From positions 19,718,467 through 19,782,466 of the forward strand of contig NC_134026.1 in NCBI RefSeq assembly GCF_964204645.1: DNA of 64,000 bases, read 5' to 3'. The position numbers were made by a program, and so were the translations under genes. The stretch comes from Tubulanus polymorphus (lineage: Eukaryota; Animalia; Nemertea). The notes beneath the pieces were generated by a model, which saw only the letters and a list, made by a program, of their open reading frames with translations, had not been told where the DNA came from and ran no database searches. Positions 1 to 12,594 of this stretch are shown in pieces. Position 1 is the first letter of the stretch, and every line of letters begins with the position of its first letter.

Positions 1-911
1 ATACAGAAACTCAATACCACAGTCATAAAACAACAGATTTAGGAATGAACGTTATAACGATGAAAATTTTATTTTCAAAACTCTTATTTACAGAAAAGGG
101 AGCAAGTATGTTCAATCTCGAATCAGCGGCAATCGCGAAACAGTTACGATCATGGCATGTGGAAATGCTGCTGGGCAGATGCTGGCCCCTAACGTTATTT
201 TTAAGGGCAAGACGGCAGCATCATTACTCTCAGTTGACACAATGAACGCACCGGCAGGTACGACAGTTTCTGTATCGGAGAGTGGTTGGACGAAACAGGT
301 AATTAGTTGTCAGTCACATTTTGAATCAGGCTCCTGAAGTGAAAAGCATTGTCAAATTTCATGTATTCATGATTTCAACAGGGAATTGCAACGATTTGGT
401 TTAAGAAAAATTTTTTACCTGCTATTGGAGCGGCTCGTCCACAGATTTTGATATCCGATGGACATAACAGCCACAATTTTCTTGAATTGGTCGAGCTGGC
501 AAGAGAAAATGGAGTAACACTGTTAGAATTACCAGAACATACCTCACATTGGTTGCAACCTTTAGATCGGTAAACACACTTCTTACAGATTTTATTAAAG
601 AATACATCTTCCAATGAAATTAGACCTCAACTGACTAATTAATGTTTCACTTTCTTTGAAGATCATGCTTTAAGACATTGAAAGCATCATGGAATCGCCT
701 ATGTTTGAATTTTCATAACGAAAATCCGGGACGTATAGTGAACAAAAGTTGTTTCTTTGAGATCTTCAGACCAACATGGCTCAGTATAACCCCGGAGAAC
801 CTTATAAATGGTTTTCGAGCATGTGGTCTTTTTCCATTCAATCCCGAGATCATTCCCAAGGAAGCTTTTTTACCATCAAGCACAAGAGTTGCTGATGTGG
901 TGAGTTACTGA
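1..911 (+). mobile_element. pogo/Tigger-like DDE_1 transposase remnant. It is 5'-truncated by the window edge and interrupted by frameshifts or intron-like gaps.
   Basis: ORF pieces 152-298 (…APNVIFKGK…GWTKQ), 382-569 ([62 protein letters not shown]) and 678-911 (…WLSITPENLINGFRACGLFPFNPEI…) match the conserved blocks of DDE_1 (pogo/Tigger/CENP-B) transposases. They lie in three different frames. The region 570-677 has stops in all frames. Confidence 0.7.
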
Positions 912-984
912 ATAATAAGTAACCCGTATTGCCCTTAATTGAGGTTAACTGTACCTACATGTTTTTTTTTATAATGGGTTATAG

Positions 985-2969
985 GTATCAGATCCTACAA
1001 TTGAAACGATGCAAGATCCATTTTCAGGATTATCGAAGGTATTTTTCTCGTAAAACTTGCACAAAAATCTAAAATATATCTAAGAGAACCTAGTTCCATA
1101 TATATTATCAAATGTAAAGATGAAAAAAAAAAATTTTCTTCACATTACTTTTTACTTAGGAATCTGCATCTAATGTATTGACAACAGTTGAAAAACCATT
1201 TCGTGAGGTGTGAATAGTGATTTAATTTCACTTCAACTTTTTTATGATTAATTTAATTTGTTTAGATTGTTTTTGGACTAATGACCTGTTCGAGTGTTTG
1301 TTGCATTGTGTGTTACAGTTTCTAACCTTTTTCATGATCATTGATTTTTTCAGTCTCTCAAGTCCAAGCACAATATATCCTTTTCAAAATGATAATTGCA
1401 GATTTTATTGATGATTTCAAATGGATGAGATATTTTAATTTGTGAATTGTTTTATAATCTTCTCAATCAGTGGTTGACCATATTATTTTGTAGACACTGC
1501 CTATAACTATCGATGGTCATTCCATTGCCTTAAAGGCAATGGAATCAGCCATTTCCTCGGAAATGAAGAAAAAATTTGAAGAACGATACACCGAAGGCTG
1601 TGACTTGACTAATGATGCACTGTATTCAGCATGGAAAATTTTGAAAACTAAATCATCAGCTGAAGTTATCGATAGCTTCCCGATCGAAAATAACTCATCC
1701 CCAGGTAAGAGTTAAGATCATTTTTAAAATAATGATAATACTTATTCGCCATGTAAATATGCAGTATAAATAATATATAATTACAAACAAATTGCATATA
1801 CTTACTGATTAATTTTGATGTACTTAGCTGATCCCGACAATGATGTGCTGGATTATCCCGTACTGATGCCAACTGAAAAGAAAAGAAAACGCGATGATAA
1901 GCGTTATTTCATTCTAACTGCGGATGATGCATATGCAAATGCGGTTTCAAAACAGAAGTTGAAAGAACAAAAAGAAAAGGAAAAACTAGAAAGAAGGAAA
2001 AAGAAATGTTTGACAACGGTAAGTTTAAGAACAGTTCTACGATTCATATCAAACGGTGAAAAACACACATCATAAAGAAATTAATTCAATAATTAATAAA
2101 AACTCTTGCAGGCTTCAACAAGACCACAAAATGGAACTTGCTCCATTAATCCTGTAAGTTGAAAAAGATCTCTTGAAATGAGCAAATTTAATGAAAATAA
2201 TATTCATACTTTGTATTCCTTTATTGTTCAGGCTCCATCAAGACCAGACAAGGAAAAATTAGCCGTAGTTCATGTGAGTAAAAAAATATGTTATATGTGT
2301 TCACTTTCGTCAGTTTATTTGTAATATGAGTAACTGAGGTACCCGGTAACCGGTAGGCTAAAATTATATATAAGTTTATTGAACAAAAATTAAACCGTTT
2401 AATTAAAATTTCATATTGAGAATGGCTATAATGTGTAATTCTGAATTTCAGGATCCTGTGCCTGAGACAAGTGGTGTCAACATGGTTTACGAAATCAACA
2501 TAAGGTAAATAACTTGCTGCGCTTCTAAATATAAAATATAAATATCTAGTCACTAGTGATGAATAATTTATTTGTACCGGGGTACTTACTTTGTAGTGAA
2601 GGTTCATATATTGCCCTTTATCAGGAAGGTGAGAAGCGCAGGAAGCACTTATACTTTGGAGTGGTATGTATTAATCGGCTGAATTATTTTATCTGAAAGG
2701 AAAAATACAATTCTCCTGTGATTGTTATGTTTAACTGCTTGCAGATTCTAGAGATATTGGACTTCGGAGAAGTAATATCCGTTCAGTTTCTTGAACAACA
2801 CTGCAAGAAAAATTTATTCGTTTGGCCCGATGTGGATATTATCGAAGAGCATCCCGTTGAGAATGTACTGAACAACTTGAAACCGCCTGAGGTGGTAAAT
2901 ACGAGGATGCAGATGGCATTTCAAGTTGATGAATTTTCAAAGACTTGCGATTTGTTCGCTTGCATGTAA
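985..2969 (+). CDS. Putative spliced coding exons of unknown function. They connect in frame from the pogo ORF donor GTGAGT at 900. Proposed exons: 985..1038, 1494..1704, 1828..2018, 2112..2153, 2232..2273, 2452..2504, a possible 4-nt micro-exon 2625..2628, and 2745..2969 with a TAA stop.
   Basis: Every exon is open and flanked by a polypyrimidine-AG acceptor and a GTAAGT/GTGAGT/GTAAAT donor. Phases are mutually consistent (0,0,1→,0,0,0,2). The terminal 75-codon ORF is improbable by chance in AT-rich DNA. The two 42-nt exons encode similar peptides (ASTRPQNG…/APSRPDKE…). I recognise no homologue. Confidence 0.35.
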
Positions 2970-3029
2970 TAGGCTTACTACGTTTTGTTACGTAGAGAGG
3001 CCTTAAAGTTGTATTGCTATTGTATTGTA

Positions 3030-3245
3030 TATACGTGTGTGCGTGTGCGTGTATCTATGTATGTGTGTATGTATTTATGTATGTGTGTATGTATTTATGT
3101 ATGCGTGTATGTAGTTACCAAGTATTTATGTATATATTTATGTATGTGTGTATGTATGTATGTATTTACCAAGTATTTATGTATGTGTGTATGTATTTAT
3201 GTATGTATGTATGTGTATATATGTAGGCCTATGTATGTTTGTTTT
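3030..3245. repeat. Compound microsatellite (TGTATG/TATTTA)n
   Basis: Tandem TG/TA-rich units are visible directly. The ORFs 2985..3272 and 3014..3226 are translation artefacts of this repeat. Confidence 0.9.
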
Positions 3246-3489
3246 TTGTTACTCTTTTTGTTACTCATCTAGTCTTAAAAATGTTTATAAATAGTGCAAT
3301 AAAAATTTATTACTTTCTGTTACGCCTTTTAGGCCTACATTACATGTTAGTTAATCAGTTTATTACATGTACCTTCTCGACGGTTGCTGCATTTCTAACG
3401 GTCTTCCTTTTATCTTGGTGAATTGGGATTACCATATCCACCATCTAGTAGGCTGTAGAAATTCATACAATTGCTGGAAATTCCACTCG

Positions 3490-3600
3490 GATAAAAAAAA
3501 TATTTATGGGATTCGAACCCAAATGGTGTCTTGTCCCTAGATGTTTCTGATCTAACCAGCTGTTACTAAATGCTGCCACCCCTGTAGAAGCAATTAGTAT
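3490..3600 (-). repeat. tRNA-like sequence, possibly a tRNA-derived SINE head or a tRNA pseudogene
   Basis: The minus strand reads …GGGTTCGAATCCCAT… (T-arm/T-loop consensus) followed by a T-run. No canonical D-arm or acceptor pairing could be built. Confidence 0.25.
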
Positions 3601-4158
3601 AACCCAAATACGTTCTAGCCTAGTTTCATAGAACGCATACACAAAAATAACGAATATATGCATTTCCGAATTTATGTTGACTATTTCCGAAATTACGTAA
3701 CCCGGGCTTCCGAAATTATGTTGTCTCTATAAATGTCTCATACTGGTAAGTTATTTTAATGGATATATTTCAAATCGATTCTGGAGTAATATTTGGAAGC
3801 AGAAATATCAGGCTGTAAAAATATCCACCTTCCAACGGCATTTGTTCATGTCGAAAATCATCCGTCAAAACAGCGCATCCGAAAATACCTTCCGAAATTA
3901 CGTGGAGTTACCCTACGATCCTCGCGGCGTTCACCAGTGTTACCCAGTGAGTTTTTTATAATCTTGCAATCTACCTCTTTTTTCAAACCAATATTCCCAC
4001 CAACTGGTCCGGAGACAAGCTTAACACGTTCGGAAAACATGATTCACAATCTTTTAATCAACAGCCAGCAAGAATACACTTGACAGAAAATTCAAATTCA
4101 GCGGTTAACCGTTAAAAGTGAGTTGTTTAGCTGTGGGAGTAACAAAAAGGCGATCTTG

Positions 4159-4166
4159 ATGACGTC
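4159..4166. promoter_or_regulatory. Perfect CRE palindrome TGACGTCA, about 130 nt upstream of the GIPC start codon
   Basis: Read directly. Its position relative to the first coding exon suggests a core-promoter element. Confidence 0.3.
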
Positions 4167-4291
4167 ACTAGCCATCGACCAAAACAGGCTTTCAACCTTT
4201 TGCGATTTTGACAAATAAAATCGTTTTCTGGCGCGATTTCGATAGAATTTACCGACTTAGGAACCTCTCGTGGTCGAGTAGTTTGTTAAGA

Positions 4292-4609
4292 ATGTCGTTA
4301 TTCGGAAAGAGGAAGGGCAAGAAGAAAGATTCGCCGCTTCAGGAACAACCGCCGTCTATGATGGACGGCGAATATGGCACCACACCCCAAAATCACCAGC
4401 AACAACAACAGCAACACGCTAATGGGTCTGCATCATCAGCAGCCGCGACAGGAGCAGCAGCAGAAGGCGACATGAACAAGGCAAGGCCAAAATTCCAGTT
4501 CCACTGCCAATTGGCGCAGGGCAGTCCGACCGGTATTATTAGCGGATTCACAAATGTTAAAGAACTCTATTTGAAGATTTCTGAATGTTACGGAATCGAT
4601 GTGAAAATG
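4292..4609 (+). CDS. GIPC1: GIPC (PDZ domain-containing GAIP-interacting protein) coding exon 1
   Basis: [12 protein letters not shown]…[44 protein letters not shown] aligns with the GIPC GH1 region. It contains a polyQ tract. Donor GTAAGC at 4610, phase 0. Confidence 0.85.
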
Positions 4610-7600
4610 GTAAGCATACTCCATGCCGATGAACAGGTTTACTTCCTTGTTTGTTTCTTGGAAAAATATGTATTTCTTTAATTTGATTCATTGACAAATA
4701 TAAATGGTGTAGTTGGCCTAATAATAGCCTATTCATTATCAATCATGTATTCATCCATTCCATGCAGTAAAAGTGGTAGAACTTTTGGTATGAACTGCCG
4801 TACTCTTTAAGCCTGTTTCCATAGACTGTTGATATGACTGCAAGTAGAAACCCTCTTGTCCGGATCAGTCTTCTTTCACTTTCAATGAAGCCTAATCTGG
4901 ACCATGAAAGTCTGATTCCATTGACTCTTATAGACTACTTTTACAATCCATTGTCTCCAGATGAGTCCAATTTCGTCCATTGATCCAGATATTACTCTCA
5001 GCCCACCTATAAGCCTAACTTAAATAAATGTGAAATAGTGTTAAACCTGATTGGCATTCAGGAATTTGCGTCTCAGGAAATTCACACGAAAAATCCTCAT
5101 TATCATACGTAGCCTAATACTAATAGCTCATTGCCAGTTGATTTCTATGTAGGCCTATTACAAGTTTGTTATTCTGTAGTAAACTCCAGGGTCCCTACAG
5201 GTCCTTGATTCCTTGTAAACCCCAATCTAAAAGAATATTTTTCAAGGTCCTTGTCGAATAGGCCTACCCTTTGATTTGAGTGAAGTGTCCAAAAGTCCTA
5301 GAAAACTCCTTGAATTTTGAGAATGGGAATTGGCAATCGGAAATTTAGGAAATTCACGCTGTAGGCAAACTTGTTCCTGTGTTAGTTTGTGTCTTTCACT
5401 GATTCTTTACTCAAAATCTTAGAAAAATATCCGGGTTCTTTCACTTGCGGGTTTGGATAGAATTTGGCATGCGGTTCTGTCATTTTCATAGAGCCTAACA
5501 AATACTTGGGAATTTCATATAGGACGATGGTTATTTCTGTACAAAATTATGTAGTTCATCCAAAGCTGATGGGTGCAACTCCCACCGCAACTGTTCTCGT
5601 GTAGACGAAGAAAAGAGCCAGGGAGTGGATTCGGGTGATTTTAGAGTAATGGGTGGCAGATTCAGGTGGTTCGAGTGCTAATGGGTTAATGAGGATTTCT
5701 CCTTTTCCTGAGCCCAGACAGTTACTGTAAAGTATAATGGTCCCGTTTGTCGACATCAGTTAACCGCCTATGTTACTGTACCATTTGGAAAATATGTGTT
5801 AACGTGAAAAATCGGTAGAATTGGTATTTTAATGTGAAAAAGCGTGAAGAAAACCATGTGCAAAATGTGGTGTGCGAACTATCTAGGGTTCATCAATCCT
5901 TGCTGCCACTGCCGGTCCAGTCTTCTGTGACACGAGGTCGTTTCATCCGATGAGTAGATATCCGAGAATCAATCATATTGAGCACTGTCTTCTGTGGCAG
6001 GGGTTCATTCATACCATGTGCGAAATCGAGTGTAATTTCATGAATCGGCCTTACGTGTCAGTTTTCATCAATTCAGCAGAAGCTGGTTTATAAAATGGGC
6101 CTTTTAGCTAACTACCATGGTAACAATGCTGATCAAAACCACGAAGCCTTTGTCATTGAAATTAAGTATTCATATTGATTATTACGAAAATTCGTAATAG
6201 TTTCTACCTAATTCGATTTGTTGATTCAGCTAGAATAACAATGTTTCATAAGCCTAATAATAGCTTCACCATCTCATTCAGCTTCACCCCCATGGTCCTT
6301 TCTGAATATTCTTCAGACTGTGGAGATAGCCTATGTTCTTCAAATCACGTTGTAAAAAAGAGTTGTATTGACAAAGTAAACAGATTGTTGGTTTCAATTG
6401 CCCTCAATCATGTGAAGCTATCCAACAAATAGGGTCTGAATTTCTGAAAATCATTCCATAAACACGGAGAACAGTGGCCGCGAGTTTTAGCATCAACTCA
6501 GATTTTCCGTGGCATGGAAACTTCGTGTTTGGTTTCTTGATGCTGTTTTGCCTGTCAAAACCGTACCTTAATCCAACTGAATGCAGCCCCTCGTACAATC
6601 AACAATTCATTTTGGAATAGATGACACTCATATACAACACATCAAGATGCTTGTGTATTAGATACATGTGTCTCGGCGCTACCGTCATAAGTTTGACGTG
6701 TGCGGATGTTTATTGATCGGTTAAATTTAGATCGAAATATAGCAATAAAAAGCAGTGACTATATATTGTTGGAGCGATTCAAGGTTCTAGACGTAGGTGC
6801 TTTGGGAATGGTTCCTCCGTCAGTCCTATCTGTGAGCTGGTAGACCTTTCTTCGTACTATCCACCTGTCGTTAAGGCCTGCGGTTTATCCTGGAGCAAGA
6901 TCTGAGGGTGTTGCCAAATATTTTTAAAGAGTAATTAATGAGAAAAGAAGCAGTGCCGTTTTGACCCATTAGGCCTGCGGGATTTCTAACAAAATTGTGC
7001 ATTTTTATAAAAAAATGCCCTTTTATGTTTTATTTCTTTTTCAACAAAATAATATTTTGCCCTTTTTGAAAAAAAACCCTTCAGTTCAATGGACACTCAA
7101 AATTTCGAGGGTCTTACTGAAGTCTTGTAAGCCTGCTTAGAGCTAGTGTCAGTCATAGATAGTGTTAGGCTAAATTAGAACGTTCAGTTCGTCAGGAGAT
7201 ACATGTATTTCATTTAGACAGGCGTGGCCACACGCAGTCTTGTGGGTCTCTTACGATATTCTCAGATACTGCTGCGAGTTTTTCTTTTTTACAAACTAAC
7301 TCAATGTCCTTCTGCACACGGATTCTTATTTAAACTTCGCTTTAGAAATCGATAGGATAAGGAAAAGATTTTCGCTTTTGAAAATGCTGTACAATGCAGA
7401 TGAGTATGAGCAACGTTTCACCTACTAGCCATCATCAGGCGTACTGATGAATTGTTGTATTTCTCACGTATATCTAACCCATCTACAAATTTTCAAGTTC
7501 GACCCCTTGATAACTAATATGCCTTTTCAGTTATGAAAAAATGCCATTGAATGTGTCACAAGACCTTCAAATGTAGGCAAGGATCAGCCCCTATTAGATA

Positions 7601-7789
7601 AAGCTGAGTTTCATGATATGGGCCGATTATTATGGGGGGATCATTGTTATAATGTAGTCACATAGAGGGTGTTGTTCGGAAAATGTTTATACAAGCCATA
7701 ATCTTGTTGACCACTACTGACTGATTATGAGTCCGTGCGGCCATCGTGTAATCAAAGCGGCTTTCGAAAACACCTGTACAAGACGTGAA

Positions 7790-8170
7790 TATACGAATGT
7801 TAATCATATTCTTCGTCTCTCTCATACACGCGCGCGACTCAATTCATCCTCGATTTCTGACCACACCCTGACTAGTCTATATCGACACCGCGCAGAGCCG
7901 TAGTCGTACCTGAAGGTTTGATCTGATACACCGCGCATCATCACCTATAATAAGCCACGCGTCGCGGTGGTGGCACAGCTCCTCGATACACCGCTCTAGT
8001 TTATGTTGCCGCGGTGATGTACGGCACCGACGCATGCACCGAGTACAGACGGATACGTCGATTTCGCGTTAATTATCGCGATTGCCTAATTAGAACGTTT
8101 TGCGGGCGTCGTCCACCCTGCCCTTCGCCCCTCTCGCCCCACCCGCTATCTTTATGGTCGTTTGATTTGA
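7790..8170. promoter_or_regulatory. CpG-rich island inside GIPC intron 1. It contains TATAATAAG and three copies of GA(T)ACACCGC.
   Basis: Local CpG density is far above the AT-rich surroundings (…cacgcgcgcgac…ccgcgcag…cgcgtcgcggtgg…cgacgcatgcaccg…). Confidence 0.25.
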
Positions 8171-10479
8171 AATGTATGAGGATTTGTATTTCAGCCTCTT
8201 CCGAATAAATGCATTTTTACTGGCCTTGTTGATACCATTTAGGCCTATTAGCATTTATTGGTGAACGTTAGTCTTTAATGGAGTTCATCCATATAAAACT
8301 TTTTCGGCCATGTTTTTAAAGTCCCGGGCGAACTTCGGTTTTCGTAGCTAGTCGACTAGTGGTCGGAACTGATAACCGAAAGCACTGTATGATTATAATG
8401 ATAGTTCGTTCATAATGCATTTCACAAATGTTGACCATCTTGAACCTAGCATCGAACTACAGCAACTGTGGCATGCTCAATCATGGTCGGCTATTTTCGG
8501 ACCATAGTCTAGAGATAATAAGTTTTCTGATTTGAAATGGATTTCTGGTTTTTCGAATTTCCAACTTTTGACGCAATCGAATGAGACACTCTTGCTCTGG
8601 CATGAGCAGCCATCGGCCTTTGTTTCTTTGGGGGTTTCACCATTTTCAGGGTTTTGCCACTTATAACTAACTCTGTATAGTTCTGACCAACTGATTTTCG
8701 GTTTCATTTATTTCGACTGTATTTGACTAACTCTGATAACCGAAGTTGACCCAGTTCGTATGTGAATATTCTTCAAATTGAGTTTCTGTAGATACGTAAT
8801 CAAAATCAGTTGTGTACAAGGCACAGTGTGATCAGTTCGATTGTTAAAAAAATAATCTGAAACATGGCTTCGCACTCCTTGGGTTTCATTGCTGTAGCCA
8901 TTAGCCCCAACCCCCCCCTCCCGCCGTTCTCGCTATCTAGGGTTCAGGATTGCCTACGGCTAAAGCTCCTGCCAAACAAACCCTGGCTATGTCGAGAACG
9001 ACATGTGTTGGTTCTCTTATATGATTTGTTGATGTTCCTCTTAAATGATTGGTTGCTGTTTCGCGCCATGTGTACTATACTGTAACCTACACTGTACATA
9101 ATAAAGTTAGATGCTGTTTAGATTCACAAAATACAACATGCTCGTCGACTTTGCTCCTTCGGAACTGGTCAACTCTCTGTGGTGACAGTCACTCCATCAC
9201 AGGCTACAGTTTCTATAGCACGCCAAACCCCCAATTCCCCCACGTCTACTACAGAGAAGTGCTTTTTCTGATCCTTTATGATGCAGGCTATATGCAGGAA
9301 TAGATTTTTAAGGCGCATTTCCACATAGTAGAAAGTTTTGATTAATTCCAGACCCGTGATCTTGACTCTACCCGTTTTCTTGCTCTCAGCTTATATATCT
9401 GAATTGTCAATTCTGTAGTATTACGGAGTAGGTCAGCTGGCAGTGGTTTTTCAATTGGCTAGAGGTGTGATAAAGCCGATACACTATTCATGACGCGTAT
9501 GTAGATAACATGTCATTGCAGAAAGTGACAATGTTTGTCACCCTGTGCATCAAAAGGATGGACAAATCGTTATTTTTCCTAAATTCTCGATAACACATGT
9601 CTTGGCAGTTTTTATGCAACCATACAAGTAAATATGAACAAAAGTTCTCGTAATTCAAAATGAACATGTTCATTTCGGTCTCAAATTCAATAGGCCTCTA
9701 GCTGAGATGGAGCTCAGCTCTCAAGTTTATCGATTCTGCCAAATTGACTAGATGGGCATCTGACGAGATCATATTCGGTCTTAATAGTTACCACCTCTCC
9801 GCCTTCAAAAATAGAAATCTTAACACATAGTCAGTAGAGAATCTTAAGGCTTTTCTATAAGTGGTGCTCAGTCCTGAAGGTAATTTCAACCTTCCCCGTC
9901 ATTCACTACTTCATACTCATGAACTGCCTAAGAAACTAATAACCAAAACAGAATTGCTCCGGGAACACTTGAAGTCATGGTCCATAAGGTAGTCCTACTC
10001 TACGTGGTCCAGGTACAAATAATGAAATTCTGAACTCGATCCCCAGCCCCAGTTTTCCAATTGTCTTAATTTACCTAAGTGTACGGTTCGAAGCCCAGTA
10101 CTAAGATGATTCAAACTTTAAAGAATTTATTGAGGCCATACAATGAATATCTTTTTTGTAAACTTTGCTTTTTCCCTCATGCTTTCTGCGTTCTTCAATA
10201 GGCCTATATGGCAATTACATAGCCTATGCATTATCTATGCATTACTAAGCGTTATCAGACTATGAGGTTATGTTTAGACTTCGCTCTCTTAGTATAGATT
10301 TTCAAGTCATCGTTCAACCAAATAGCCAATATCGATAATATAAGTGTTTACAGTCGAATCACAAATTGATTTGTTGGGCAATGGCTTGGTGCATGAACTT
10401 GCTGCTATCGCATCATTCATCCGTTTTCTGTAGCGGCATTTGCGCAAGATTCCAGGCTTAGGATGTACCATACTAATAG

Positions 10480-10870
10480 CCACGTTCGCAGGAGATCGAT
10501 TTTGGCCCTGAACAACTATTCGCATGTGTCCCATTGGGCCCGTGCCTGTTTAGCTGGACCAAAACTTCGAAACCAGACATCCGAGCATTTTTGGCATGGA
10601 ACAACTGTTCACATGCGTGCCATAATTGGGCGCATGCCTGTTCGGCTGGACCAAAACATCGGACCAGGCAGGCCCGATCAAATCTTTGTCACAGGTCAAA
10701 ATTATTGCGTGTGAATTGCAACTGGTTCCGTAAGTGGCTCACTTCACTTAAACATTGTTTAGTATCAAGTGAGTGCTTGGTTTACGTGTGAAGGTGCTCT
10801 CTGATTAGGCACGGGCCAAAGTTGACTTTGCCCTATCCGGGGCAATTTGGCGCGGGCCTAATTGTCTGTG
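10480..10870. repeat. Dispersed repeat family 3 (copy 1). It has an internal ~125-bp tandem duplication.
   Basis: Shares long blocks (…aacaactgttcacatg(c/g)gtgccaa(a/t)tgggc(g/c)c…ctctgattaggcacgggccaaa…) with 42575-42770 and 54715-55210. Confidence 0.75.
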
Positions 10871-11261
10871 TGTGATTGCAGCTTATGCGGTGCCGAATTT
10901 GCCAGAATGCTTCGTTTGCAGAGCGAGTTGCATTCACATGTGATTCAGCATTAAGTAAGCATACTCTCCTGTTGTGTACATTCGGTGTACAACTGTTACT
11001 AAGTTCCTGGCTAACGTGGGTGAAAACATGGTAAAGTAAGCGTCAAACCAAGCGACTACCCAGTGTTTTCAATAAGAAATTAGCAAGCCAGGTCCCTTTG
11101 AAAAACAGGAGGGTCCCATAATATGTCACAGTCCCGGAAATGAAAGCTGGTTTGAAAAAACAGGCGGGTCCTTTACAAACGACAGACGGGTCTGGGACCT
11201 GGGACCTGGCTCATATTGAGAACACTGCTACCACGTTTTTTGATTGGTCAGACGTTTCCAA

Positions 11262-12594
11262 CAAGAAAATTAATTTTAGAAAATTATTTGACGCCTGCGA
11301 AAAAAATGTATAATTTCTGGGCTAAGCTAATGTGGAATTGCAAATTTGAAATCGAAGTTTTAAGAAATTTGGGGAATGATGAGATTTGGCGATTGGGTAG
11401 ATGATACAGCGGGTCTTCGACTCTAGTAGTGGTTTAAATTTTTTATTGAAAATTCTCAATAATTGATCGCGAACTTGCGACCGACTTCATTTACTTATGC
11501 CTCTAAGCTGGTCTGCAAATTCATTGCCTCCGTGGTTGAAGAACGAGCTCTTCTGATGTCTGCTTCATCATGACTTCGAGCATATCGTGTGGCCTAGCCA
11601 GCCGGCCCTGGCCACCGGGGTTTGGCTGTCACTCGATATCCTAGAGTCTTGAGTCTGGGTGGGTTGAAGTAGACATTGTCATTTAAAATAACATGCTTAT
11701 GTTGTATGAATTACCCGTGTGTCATGAATGTTGTATTAATTTATTTTAAAATTTGTATTTATTGAATTTGGGAATTTTATCCCGAAATTTCAATGTAATA
11801 AGGATCAATAAAGAATTGAATTGAATTGTCACCTAATACACATGCCATCAGAGGACGCGGAGCCGTATATGAATGGTGTATTAATTTATTTTAAAATTTG
11901 TATTTATTGAATTTGGGAATTTTATCCCGAAATTTCAATGTAATAAGGATCAATAAAGAATTGAATTGAATTGTCACCTAATACACATGCCATCAGAGGA
12001 CGCGGAGCCGTATATGATAGCTATGCTATTATAAATTTCTAATCTCACGAAACCTGCATACTCCTTATATCAAACATATTTTCTGAAACGTTTGAATATT
12101 GAAATTATATGTTTACACATTTTCATATTGACCGCTCGTAGCCGCTGATAAAATTCACGCCGGCCCTACACACATCGTAGATAGCTTCGTCATTCCACCG
12201 GCATGCCCACGTCAGGGTCTGACTTTTATATCAGACTTCCAAATCGTGTATATATCCGCCATTTAACCGAATAATCCGATTTACTTATCATTTCTATTTA
12301 TGCCTGCCGCTTCTGATATAATCATACATCCTTTACTATTACAATACGTCTTCTAATGATATTCAATGCAATATAACATTTCGATGTTCAAATATAGGTC
12401 ATTATATAATCACAGGAAGCCATTCTACATCTATGTCAATAATATTTTGCCAGATAGCTTATTTGTGTACACATAGACCTGTGACGTTTTGCACATCGAT
12501 TTACGGCTGTCGTTTGTAAAATGACGCTGAATGGTTAACATTGTTTAGGTTTCATAATGGTAACGTTTTATAAGGCGTCAAAAAAATACTATTG
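11262..12594 (+). repeat. 1.3-kb dispersed repeat (copy A). It contains a 140-bp internal tandem duplication at 11735-11873 and 11876-12015.
   Basis: About 90% identical and collinear with 60784-62098 across >1 kb (e.g. …aattatttgacgcctgcgaaaaa…gctaatgtggaattgcaa…; …gaccgctcgtagccgctgataaaattcacgccggccctac…). Confidence 0.85.

Noticed and set aside
2985-3272. Cys/Tyr/Val-rich ORFs
   Set aside because: They are translations of the TGTATG microsatellite.
3490-3600. Possible functional tRNA gene on the minus strand
   Set aside because: Only the T-arm consensus and a T-run are present. No acceptor or D-arm pairing could be built by hand. It was kept only as a low-confidence tRNA-like repeat.
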